This document shows positions 36,994 through 45,645 of a DNA stretch of 64,000 nucleotides, in pieces. A model generated the notes under the pieces. The model was not told the origin of the DNA. It did not search any database and saw only the letters and a program-made list of their open reading frames with translations. The stretch is from an uncultured Thermoleophilia bacterium (GTDB taxonomy: Bacteria; Actinomycetota; Thermoleophilia; Gaiellales; Gaiellaceae), in contig CAWASP010000021.1 in the NCBI GenBank assembly GCA_963784765.1, positions 7,645-71,644 of the forward strand, written 5' to 3'. Position numbers and translations under genes: made by a program. Position 1 is the first letter of the stretch; each line of letters begins with the position of its first letter.

Positions 36994-38635
36994 CGGACGG
37001 GAACCTCGACTGCAAGCGTAGTGCCTGCACCCGATGGAGCCTCGACGGTGAGCCGTCCGCCGAGCAGCCCGACGCGTTCCCGCATGCCGACGAGCCCCAG
37101 CGCGTCGTCCCTGACGCGGGTCGGGTCGAAGCCCCGGCCGTCGTCCTCGATCAGTGCCGACACCGCGCTGTCGCGTCGCGTCAGCAGGATGCTGACGGTA
37201 CGTGCCTGCGCATGCTTGACCACGTTCGTGAGCGCCTCCTGGATCAAGCGGTACAGGGTGGTCTCGACCTCTTCCGGGAGCCGATCGTCGCCGATCCGGG
37301 CCTCGAGCTGCACGTCGATGCCCGTGTGCTCGCGGAACGTCTCGATCAGCCGCTCGAGCGCCGGGACGAGCCCGAAGTCGTCGAGCGCCTTCGGCCGCAG
37401 CTCGACCGCGAGGCGGCGAACATCCTGGAGCGTCGCAACGACGAGCCGTCGGAGGTTCGCCGCGGCGGCCCGTAGCGCCTCCTCGTCCCTGGCCTCCTCG
37501 ACGCTCTTCAGGCCGAGCAGGATGGAGGTCAGCGCCTGCCCCGTCTCGTCGTGGAGCTCGCGGGCGATACGGCGGCGCTCGAGCTCCTGACCGCCGACCA
37601 CGCGGCGGAGCGCATCCCGGGCAACCCGCTCGGAGAGGTCGACGGCCGTCGCCGCACGCGCGGCGAACTGCTCGGAGACGCGCACGTCGTCGTCGCCGAA
37701 GCGGTTGTCGGCTCCGACCTTGTCGTGGGCGACGATCACGCCGATCGGGCGCTCGCGCACGACGAGAGGCACGAAAAGCCCGGTTCGCGCCGCGAATCGC
37801 CGCGCGGAGTCGTGGTCGACCTCGGGATCCTCGAGCATCTCGTCGACACGTTCGCTCCGGCCGCGGGCGAGCACCCGGCCGGCCTTGGACGACGCCCGCG
37901 GGAAGGTCCAGCCGAGGAGCGTGTCCCCCCCATCCCCGACGGCCGCGTCGACGCGCAGCCGATCGTCGCCGGACGGGAGGACGATCAGCACGATGCGGGC
38001 ACGGATGAGATCGCGCAGGCTGGATGCGACGAGCTCGAGCAGCCGGTCGAGCTCGAGCTCCCCGATCAGCGCGATCCCGATCTCGTTGAGCGACTCGAGC
38101 TGCCGCGACCACCGGGTCGCCGACTCGTAGAGCCGTGCGTTCTCGACCGCGACCGCCGCCTGCGCGGCGAGCAGGGTGACGAGCTCCTCGTCCTCGGCGG
38201 TGAAGCCGCCCTCCTTCTCGGTCAGGTACAGGTTGCCGTACGCGATGCCGCGGAGCAGGATCGGCACGCCGAGGAAGGTGTGCATCTCCGGGTGGTTCGG
38301 CGGCACGCCGACCGACCGCGGATCCGTCGTCAGGTCCTTCAGGCGCAGCGGCCGTGCATCCTGGATGAGCACTCCCAGGATGCCGCGGCCGCGGGGCAGC
38401 TCGCCGATGCGGGCGTGCTCTTCCATCGAGATGCCCGTCGTGACGAACCGCTCCAGCCGCTGCCCGGAACGATCGATGACGCCGAGCGCGGCGTACGGGG
38501 CGCCGGTGATCTCGGCCGCCGCCTCGACGATGCGCTGGAGCGTCGCGTCGAGCGACAGCTCCGACGTGACGGCTATGCCTGCCTCGACGAGCGATCGGAG
38601 GCGGCCGATCACCGCGATTTGCTGCGCTTCCGCCA
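36990..38635 (-). CDS. GAF-GAF sensor histidine kinase (HisKA_3/HATPase; DevS/DosS-like architecture)
   Basis: 548 codons from ATG 38635 (MAEAQQIAVIGRL...). It has two GAF-like regions, then RRRIARELHDETGQALT (H-box) and the ATPase region EALTNVVKHAQA...DDGRGF...GLVGMRERV. Confidence 0.9.
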
Positions 38636-38818
38636 TTCGTCCTCCGTCGGCAGCTTGCCACGCCTCCGCGCGTCGGTCACGCATTCGAGGTGCGCGTGAC
38701 GCCGCAGCGAGACGTCCCCTTCGGGCGCGACGAGCGCGTGCTCGCTCGTGGCGTGGAGCATCCCGTCGCAGAACGGGCAGACGTAGCTCGCCGGCTTGAG
38801 GCTCTGGGCCGGTCGCAT
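38609..38818 (-). CDS. small Cys/His-containing protein (putative zinc-binding), first gene of the kinase operon
   Basis: Start at ATG 38818 (MRPAQSLKPASYVCPFCDGML...RRHAHLECV...) or GTG 38839. The motif is CxxC ... HxHxxC. It overlaps the kinase start by 27 nt. Confidence 0.5.
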   Translation of the reverse strand: MRPAQSLKPASYVCPFCDGMLHATSEHALVAPEGDVSLRRHAHLECVTDARRRGKLPTEDEWRKRSKSR

Positions 38819-38950
38819 CGTCCACCAGCGGGGCTCCACGGGCGCGACGATACCCGCGGCGGGCCTCCCTCTACCGGCTCCGGGTGGGAGTCCCGGGTAG
38901 AATGTCGAACATGTCCGTGTTGCCCGTGCTCGAGGACCCGCTCAGTACCG

Positions 38951-39940
38951 ATGCCGAGCCTGCCTCGCATCCGTCGCACACGCGCACGCGACACGGCCAT
39001 CGCCGTCTCGGCTCCGCCGGTCGCGCCGGCTGAGCTCGACGCCGCCGGCCTCGCCTGGATCCATCTCGACGCGCCGTCGCTCGGCCATGCCCAGGCGCTC
39101 GCCGACCGCTTCGGCTGGCATCCGCTCGACGTCGAGGACGTCATGTCCAAGCGCCAGCGGCCCAAGGTCGACGACTACGCCGACGAGGGCTACCTGTTCG
39201 GGGTGCTCCACTTCCCGGTCTACGACCGCGCGATCCAGCGGCTGAACGCGGCCGAGCTCGACGTCTTCGTCGGGCCCGACTACCTCGTGACGCTGCCGAC
39301 CGTCGAGCTGCTGCCGATCACCCGCCTCTACCGCCGCTGCGAGGAGGACGCCGACTTCCGCGCACAGCTCTTCTCGAAGGGGTCGGGCCGCCTGCTCTAC
39401 GAGGTGCTGGACGACCTGTTCGACTACTGCTTCCCGATCCTCGACAAGATCGGGCACAAGCTCGACTCGCTCGAGGACGACGTCTTCGAGGGGCGTTCGG
39501 AAGAAGTCGTCCGTGACATCTCGAACGTCAAGCAGGAGATCATCAGCTACAGGAAGATCGTCAAGCCGGAGCGATCGACGCTGCGGCTGCTGGAGCGCCA
39601 CGTCGAGCGGTTCCTGCCGGAGGAGCTCGAGCTCTACTTCGACGACATCGTCGACGCCGCCGAGCGCATCTGGGACATCCTCGACAACTACAAGGAGGTC
39701 GTCGAGGCGCTCGAGGACACGAACGAGTCGGTGATCTCACACCGGCAGAACGACGTGCTGCGCATCCTCACCGTCTTCAGCGTCGTGCTGCTGCCGCTGA
39801 CGCTGATCACCGGCTTCTTCGGGATGAACCTCCACTTCCCGGGCTACGAGACCGTCTGGGCCTTCTGGGTCGTCTTCGCCGGCATGGTCGTGACACTCGG
39901 CGGGTTGCTTGCCTTCTTCCGCTACAAGCGCTGGCTCTGA
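38951..39940 (+). CDS. corA: CorA-family magnesium/cobalt transporter
   Basis: Start at ATG 38951. It has two C-terminal TMs with the GMN signature (ITGFFGMNLHFPG) and an acidic N-terminal cytoplasmic domain. Confidence 0.9.
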   Translation: MPSLPRIRRTRARDTAIAVSAPPVAPAELDAAGLAWIHLDAPSLGHAQALADRFGWHPLDVEDVMSKRQRPKVDDYADEGYLFGVLHFPVYDRAIQRLNAAELDVFVGPDYLVTLPTVELLPITRLYRRCEEDADFRAQLFSKGSGRLLYEVLDDLFDYCFPILDKIGHKLDSLEDDVFEGRSEEVVRDISNVKQEIISYRKIVKPERSTLRLLERHVERFLPEELELYFDDIVDAAERIWDILDNYKEVVEALEDTNESVISHRQNDVLRILTVFSVVLLPLTLITGFFGMNLHFPGYETVWAFWVVFAGMVVTLGGLLAFFRYKRWL

Positions 39941-40027
39941 AGGCAGGCCGCCCATGCCGGCGAGCTGCTCCGCGCGCGAGGCGGAGGTGGGGTCGAGGGT
40001 GATCCGAGACCGCGTGAGCTCCGCCGA

Positions 40028-40885
40028 TCACCGAACGCGGTAGGTGAGTCGCTTCTTCAGCGCGACCGGCCCGTCGCGCCCCGAGACCGTGACGACGAGC
40101 TTCTTGCCTTTCGCCTTCTTCGGCAGCGCGAAGGTGCAGTGCCCTGCCCCCGTTCCGCGCAGGGGCTTGCCGCCGAGCCTCGCCGAGCAACGCTGCCCGC
40201 TCGTCCCGACAGACGTGCCGTCCGACAGCTTCGCCGAGAACCTCCCGACGACGAAGCGCCTCCCCGCCTTCGCCGGGGCGGCGATCTTGACCGTGCTCCC
40301 CACGATGGTCGGCTTCGGCTTCGGCTTCGGCGTCGGCTTCGGCGGGGGCGGAGCCGCCAGCACGTACGTGTAGAGGGGCGCGGCGTCCGGCGCCTGGTCG
40401 GTGGCCGGCGCCGACGGGTCGCCGCGGAAGGTCAGGACGGCGAAGTCGAAGGCTCCCGACGCCACGCCGCCGAGCACCGAGAGCGGCATCGTCACGACGA
40501 GGAGACCGGCCCCGTAGGTCACGGGAAGGCTCGCCACCTCCGGCGCGTCCTTGAACTGCGTCCCGTCCCACGTGTCGAAGCCCCACCCGCTGTCGTTGAG
40601 GAAGAAGTCGTAGTCGAACCCGGACTCGCCCGTGGCGGGATTCCGGTCGCCGTCGACCAGCACATCGATCTCGGCGTTGGTCTCGACCGTCGGCATGTTC
40701 ACGATCTGCACCTTGAACGTCACCGTCTGGGCGGCGGGGTCGTTCGAGACGACGATCGTTCCGATGTCCGCCGCTGCAGGGTTCTCGCCGGTCGTATCCG
40801 TGTACGTCGTGTCGGCTGCGGCCGGGCTCGCGAGGAGCAGCGCCCCGAACGCGGAGGCCGCAAGCGTGACTGCGAGAAACCTCAT
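40028..40885 (-). CDS. secreted hypothetical protein with a Pro-Lys linker
   Basis: ATG 40885 is preceded by GAGGAGGAG. The signal peptide is MRFLAVTLAASAFGALLLASPAAA. Two beta-rich halves are joined by PPPPKPTPKPKPKP. Confidence 0.7.
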   Translation of the reverse strand: MRFLAVTLAASAFGALLLASPAAADTTYTDTTGENPAAADIGTIVVSNDPAAQTVTFKVQIVNMPTVETNAEIDVLVDGDRNPATGESGFDYDFFLNDSGWGFDTWDGTQFKDAPEVASLPVTYGAGLLVVTMPLSVLGGVASGAFDFAVLTFRGDPSAPATDQAPDAAPLYTYVLAAPPPPKPTPKPKPKPTIVGSTVKIAAPAKAGRRFVVGRFSAKLSDGTSVGTSGQRCSARLGGKPLRGTGAGHCTFALPKKAKGKKLVVTVSGRDGPVALKKRLTYRVR

Positions 40886-40985
40886 CGACTCCTCCTCGAG
40901 TCGTCCCCGGCCACCAGGAGCACCAGCGCGGCACGGTAGCGGCGCGTCCGGACACCGCCCGGGGCCGGAAGGATAGGCTCGGGCG

Positions 40986-41447
40986 ATGCCGCAGCCGCTG
41001 TGGGCGCCGTGGCGCCTCGAGTACGTCCAGCACGCCGACGAGCTCGATCGGTGCGTCTTCTGCGACCCCGAGGAGGAGCTGGCAATCCACCGCGGGCCCG
41101 AGGCGATCGTGGTCCTGAACAAGTTCCCGTACTCGTCGGGCCATCTGCTGATCGCGCCCCTGCGGCACGTCGCCGATCTCGGCGAGCTCTCCGACGACGA
41201 GGCGCTCGCCCTCCACCGACTTGCCGTCCGCGGCATCGACGCGCTCCGGGCCGAGTACGCGCCGCACGGCTTCAATCTCGGCTGGAACATCGGCCGCGTG
41301 GCCGGTGCGGGCATCGAGGGCCACCTGCATCTGCATGTCGTACCGCGCTGGAACGGGGATACGAGCTTCATGCCGGTGCTCGGCGACGTGAAGGTGCTGC
41401 CGGAAGCGCTGCGCAGGACGGCCGAGCGGCTCCGGCCTCACCTCTGA
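40986..41447 (+). CDS. HIT family hydrolase
   Basis: 153-aa ORF with an ATG start. The histidine triad GHLHLHVVPR is present. Confidence 0.88.
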   Translation: MPQPLWAPWRLEYVQHADELDRCVFCDPEEELAIHRGPEAIVVLNKFPYSSGHLLIAPLRHVADLGELSDDEALALHRLAVRGIDALRAEYAPHGFNLGWNIGRVAGAGIEGHLHLHVVPRWNGDTSFMPVLGDVKVLPEALRRTAERLRPHL

Positions 41448-41466
41448 CCGGTCAACGCTCGCAGAC

Positions 41467-41498
41467 GGCGACCGGACGCCCCTCGCATCCCGGTCGCC
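41467..41498 (+). terminator. hairpin downstream of the HIT gene (terminator candidate, no U-tract)
   Basis: GGCGACCGG (41467-41475) and CCGGTCGCC (41490-41498) form a perfect 9-bp stem with a 14-nt loop. Confidence 0.35.
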
Positions 41499-41845
41499 GC
41501 TCACGCAGTCGCCCCCACGACGGCCGCAAACCGTGAAGGAGGCGGGTCGAGGCCCAGGCTCTCCCCGCCCGCGACCCGCCGAGACATCTATCGGCTCGAA
41601 GGCCTCCGTGCTTGAGCGAGACCCTGCGTGTGACGTGGTCGGGCGGAAGCAGGGGAGAGTGAGCTCCCGCCCGACCATCGTCAAGATTCGCGGGCGAAGC
41701 AGTACTCCTCCTCGGCCGTGCGCGATTCGCAGCGCCGTGATCGCCACGGACGGGGGAAACCCGCACTGCCTTTGCGTCCAAGCACCGACGAAAGCGCAGG
41801 CCCCTCCTCGTAGCGTCCTCGTCAAACCCGGCACCAGGAGGACAG

Positions 41846-43351
41846 TTGCTAACCGAGCGAACCGATTCGCCGCACGCCGTCGTCGACGAGCAGGTGCTCG
41901 AGCGGACCGTCGAGCGGTTCCGCGAAGCGGAGATCGTGCTTCCGCGCTTCGCGGAGCTGGCAGACCCGACGCTCGTTCCCACCCGCCTACGCAAGCGCCT
42001 CGCCGACGTCGGCCCGGACGACCCCCACCCACTCAACCTCTTCCGCGTCCACTGGTTCAACGACCGCGCCCGCACCGGGCTCGTCACCGTCCCGGAGCAC
42101 GTCGTGCTCCCGCCGGAGCTGACCGGCGTCCGGGCACCGATCGTCGTCGCGCTCGGCGACCGGTTCCCGATGATCGGGGCGCACAAGGTGCTCGCGACGT
42201 ACGGCTGCCTCGCGCCGCGCGTCGTCACCGGGTCGTTCGACCCGACCCGCGACCGCGCGGTCTGGCCCTCGACCGGAAACTACTGCCGCGGCGGCGTCGC
42301 CGTCTCGCGGCTGATGCGCTGCCGCGGGGTGGCCGTGCTTCCCGAAGGCATGAGCCGCGAGCGGTTCCACTGGCTCGAGCGCTGGGTCTCGGAGCCTGGA
42401 GACATCATCCGGACGCCGGGGACCGAGAGCAACGTCAAGGAGATCTACGACCGCTGCCACGAGCTCGAGCTCGATTCCCGCAATGTGATCTTCAACCAGT
42501 TCTCCGAGTTCGGGAACTACCTGGCGCACTATCTGGCGACCGGCACGGCCCTCGAGCAGGTCTTCGACTCGCTGCAGGAGACCAGGCCGTCGCTGCGGTT
42601 GCGCGCGTTCGTCTCTGCAACGGGCTCGGCGGGCACGATCGCAGCCGGCGACTACCTGAAGCAGCGGCACGGCACGCTGATCGCGGCCGCCGAGGCGCTC
42701 GAGTGCCCGACGCTGCTCGAGAACGGCTTCGGCGAGCACAACATCCAGGGGATCGGCGACAAGCACGTGCCGCTCATCCACAACGTCCTCAACACGGACG
42801 TCGTGCTCGCCGTCTCCGACCGCGCAACCGACCGGCTGGGCGTGCTCTTCGGCACCGAGACCGGACGGGACTACCTGCAGCGCCGTCGCGGCGTCGCCGA
42901 GGACGTGCTCGCCGAGCTGCCCTCGCTCGGGCTCTCGAGCATCTGCAACGTGCTCGGGGCAATCAAGCTCGCGCACCACTTCGGCTACGGCCCGGACGAC
43001 GTGATCGTCACGGTTGCCACCGACGGCGCCGCCATGTACGAGAGCGAGCGAACGCTCGCCCTCGGCCGGTACTACCCCGCCGGCTTCGACGACGTCGCGG
43101 CCGGCGAGACGTTCGGCGAGCACCTGCTCGGAACGACGAGCGATCACCTGCGTGAGCTGACCTCGAAGGAACGCGAGCGGATCTTCAACCTCGGCTACTA
43201 CACGTGGGTCGAGCAGCAGGGCGTGTCGATCGAGGACTTCGTCGCGCGCCGCGACCCCGCCTTCTGGGAGGACATCCAGGGGCGCACCGCGACCTGGGAC
43301 CAGGCGATCGAGGAGTTCAACGCCCGCACCGGCGTGCTGGAGACCCTGTGA
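41846..43351 (+). CDS. fold-type II PLP-dependent enzyme (Trp-synthase-beta superfamily, about 500 aa lyase/thiolase-like)
   Basis: 501-aa ORF. The TTG start is preceded by AGGAGG. The candidate PLP-lysine context is [14 protein letters not shown]. The Gly-rich loop is [12 protein letters not shown]. Confidence 0.7.
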   Translation: MLTERTDSPHAVVDEQVLERTVERFREAEIVLPRFAELADPTLVPTRLRKRLADVGPDDPHPLNLFRVHWFNDRARTGLVTVPEHVVLPPELTGVRAPIVVALGDRFPMIGAHKVLATYGCLAPRVVTGSFDPTRDRAVWPSTGNYCRGGVAVSRLMRCRGVAVLPEGMSRERFHWLERWVSEPGDIIRTPGTESNVKEIYDRCHELELDSRNVIFNQFSEFGNYLAHYLATGTALEQVFDSLQETRPSLRLRAFVSATGSAGTIAAGDYLKQRHGTLIAAAEALECPTLLENGFGEHNIQGIGDKHVPLIHNVLNTDVVLAVSDRATDRLGVLFGTETGRDYLQRRRGVAEDVLAELPSLGLSSICNVLGAIKLAHHFGYGPDDVIVTVATDGAAMYESERTLALGRYYPAGFDDVAAGETFGEHLLGTTSDHLRELTSKERERIFNLGYYTWVEQQGVSIEDFVARRDPAFWEDIQGRTATWDQAIEEFNARTGVLETL

Positions 43352-44742
43352 GCCAGGCGGTGAGCCGGCTCGTCTGCTCGGGGTGCGGCTCCTCGCCGCA
43401 CCCGGCCGAGGCCTACCCGTTCCACTGCCCGAACGCCCGCCGGGGCGACGACGTCGACCATGTGCTGCGGCGGAAGCTCGACCTGTCACGGATCGACGCT
43501 CCGGCCGGCGACAGCGCCAACCCGTTCGTGCGCTTCCGGCCGTTGCTGCACGCCTACCAGGTCGGGCGGGCAGGCGGGCTCTCCGACGCCGCCCTCGTCG
43601 AGCTCGTGGGCGAGCTGGACGAGCGGGTCGCCGCCGTCGACGGGCACGGCTTCCGGACGACGCCGTTCTCCCGGAGCGACGAGCTCAGCGCCGAGCTGGG
43701 CTTCGCCGAGACGGGCGGCGTCTTCGTCAAGGACGAGACGGGCAACGTCGCCGGCTCGCACAAGGCACGGCACCTCTTCGGCGTCCTCCTCTGGCTCGAG
43801 GTGGCGGAGCGGCTCGGGCTCGCGCGCTGGGGCCGCCGCGACCTCGCGATCGCGAGCTGCGGCAACGCAGCCCTCGCGGCGGCCGTCGTTGCGGCAGCCG
43901 GGCGGCGACGGCTGCGTGTCTTCGTGCCGGTCGACGCCGACCCGGCCGTCCTCGCGCGACTCGACGAGCTCGGAGCCCTCGTGACGACGTGTCCCCGGCG
44001 CGAGGGCGTTCCCGGCGACCCGACCGTCCACGCACTCGAGGCGGCGCTCGCCGGTGGGGCGATCCCGTTCACCTGCCAGGGCAACCTCAACGGGCTGGCG
44101 GTGGAGGGCGGCGAGACGCTCGGCTGGGAGCTGGCGGCGAGCGGCCTCGAGCTCGACCGGCTCGTCGTGCAGGTCGGCGGCGGCGCGCTCGCGAGCGCCG
44201 TCGGCCAGGCGCTCGCCGAGGCACGGGGGCTCGGGCTCCTCGACGCGGTGCCGCGCATCGACACCGTGCAGACCGAGGGCGCCTGGCCACTCAAGCGTGC
44301 CTTCGACGCCGTCGTCGCCCGCGGCGGGATCGACGCCCTCCCGTACGCCGCGCGCCACCGCCACGAGTTCATGTGGCCGTGGGAGGAAGAGCCGGCGAGC
44401 ATTGCGCACGGCATCCTCGACGACGAGACGTACGACTGGTACGCCGTCGTCGAGAGCATGCTCCGGAGCGGTGGGGCGCCGGTCGTGGTCGGCGAGGAGC
44501 TGCTCGTGCAGGCGAACGACGTCGCGCGCCGCGCGACGGAGATCGCGGTCGACCACACCGGGTCGGCCGGGCTGGCCGGGCTGCTCGCGCTCCGCGACGC
44601 CGGGCTCGTCGCGGACGACGAGCGGGTGGCCGTGCTCTTCACCGGGGTCGACCGAACAGACACCAACGAACGAAAGGACGAACGAGATGCGGAGCTTTCT
44701 CGGCCGCGACATCCTGTCGCTGAAGGACTTCGAGCGCACTGA
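43348..44742 (+). CDS. PLP-dependent threonine-synthase-like enzyme with an N-terminal Cys cluster
   Basis: GTG 43348 overlaps the previous stop (GTGA). The N-terminus is [21 protein letters not shown]. The PLP-lysine context is [14 protein letters not shown]. The loop [12 protein letters not shown] is present. The last 18 codons overlap the next gene. Confidence 0.7.
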   Translation: MSQAVSRLVCSGCGSSPHPAEAYPFHCPNARRGDDVDHVLRRKLDLSRIDAPAGDSANPFVRFRPLLHAYQVGRAGGLSDAALVELVGELDERVAAVDGHGFRTTPFSRSDELSAELGFAETGGVFVKDETGNVAGSHKARHLFGVLLWLEVAERLGLARWGRRDLAIASCGNAALAAAVVAAAGRRRLRVFVPVDADPAVLARLDELGALVTTCPRREGVPGDPTVHALEAALAGGAIPFTCQGNLNGLAVEGGETLGWELAASGLELDRLVVQVGGGALASAVGQALAEARGLGLLDAVPRIDTVQTEGAWPLKRAFDAVVARGGIDALPYAARHRHEFMWPWEEEPASIAHGILDDETYDWYAVVESMLRSGGAPVVVGEELLVQANDVARRATEIAVDHTGSAGLAGLLALRDAGLVADDERVAVLFTGVDRTDTNERKDERDAELSRPRHPVAEGLRAH

Positions 44743-45643
44743 CTTCGACCGGGTCTTCGAGGCCTGCGACGAGCTGGCGCCGATCGCGAAAAACCGCCGC
44801 AACAGCGACGTGCTCGCGCACAAGACGCTGCTGACGGCCTTCTACCAGCCGTCGACGCGCACGCGGATGTCGACCGAGGCGGCGATGCACCGGCTGGGCG
44901 GCCACGTCCTCGGCTTCTCGGACGCGAAGATGACGCGAGCCGGCGACTTCTACCAGGAGTCGATGAAGGACACGATCCACATGCTCGAGTTCTACGGCGA
45001 CGTCATCGCGATGCGCCACTTCGAGCAGGGCGCCCCCACCGAGGCGGCCCACTGGGCCTCGGTTCCGGTGATCAACTGCGGCGACGGCTGGGGCGAGCAC
45101 CCGACGCAGGTGCTGACCGACCTCTACACGATCAAGAAGGAGCTCGGGACGCTCGACGGCCTGACCTACCTGCTCGTCGGCGACATGCGCATGCGGACGA
45201 TGCACTCGATCCTCTACGCGCTGTCGCAGTTCGACGCGAAGGCGTACGTCGTCGGCCCGCCCGAGATGTCGCTCCGGGACGACTTCAAGCTCGAGCTCGA
45301 CGCCCGGAACGTGCTCTACGAAGAGGCGGAGTCGACGGAGGACGTGATCGCCGACTGCGACGTGATCTACATGGAGCCGGTCGTCCAGGCCGACTACGAG
45401 CAGTCCCGCGTCGAGCGCGACAGCGGCTCGGTCGTGACGACGCCGCGCACCTACCAGGTGACCCGCGAGCTGCTGCGCACGAAGGCGAAGACGAAGTCGA
45501 TCATCCTGCACAGCCTGCCGCGGATGGACGAGCTTCCCTCGGACGTCGACATGACGCGGCACGCCCGCTACTGGCAGGAGGCGTTCAACGGCGTCGTTCT
45601 GCGCATGGCGCTGCTCTCGCTCGTACTGGGCGCGATGGAGTAG
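44687..45643 (+). CDS. aspartate carbamoyltransferase-like catalytic chain, E. coli/archaeal-type paralogue
   Basis: ATG 44687 is preceded by AAGGA. Motifs STRTRMS, GEHPTQVLTDL and ILHSLPRMDELPSDVD...YWQEAFNGVVLRMALLSLVLG are present. Confidence 0.8.
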   Translation: MRSFLGRDILSLKDFERTDFDRVFEACDELAPIAKNRRNSDVLAHKTLLTAFYQPSTRTRMSTEAAMHRLGGHVLGFSDAKMTRAGDFYQESMKDTIHMLEFYGDVIAMRHFEQGAPTEAAHWASVPVINCGDGWGEHPTQVLTDLYTIKKELGTLDGLTYLLVGDMRMRTMHSILYALSQFDAKAYVVGPPEMSLRDDFKLELDARNVLYEEAESTEDVIADCDVIYMEPVVQADYEQSRVERDSGSVVTTPRTYQVTRELLRTKAKTKSIILHSLPRMDELPSDVDMTRHARYWQEAFNGVVLRMALLSLVLGAME

Positions 45644-45645
45644 CC

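Noticed and set aside
38883-38897. Possible DevR/DosR box upstream of the kinase operon (GGGAGTCCCGG).
   Set aside because: Only one half-site (AGTCCC) of the GGGACT-N2-AGTCCC palindrome is present. That is too weak to call.
41452-43155. ORFs 41452..42228 (-) and 41533..43155 (+) covering the operon leader.
   Set aside because: Their composition is junk (Arg/Ser/Pro-rich). They overlap the well-supported PLP enzyme gene and have no usable start context. The region is treated as non-coding.
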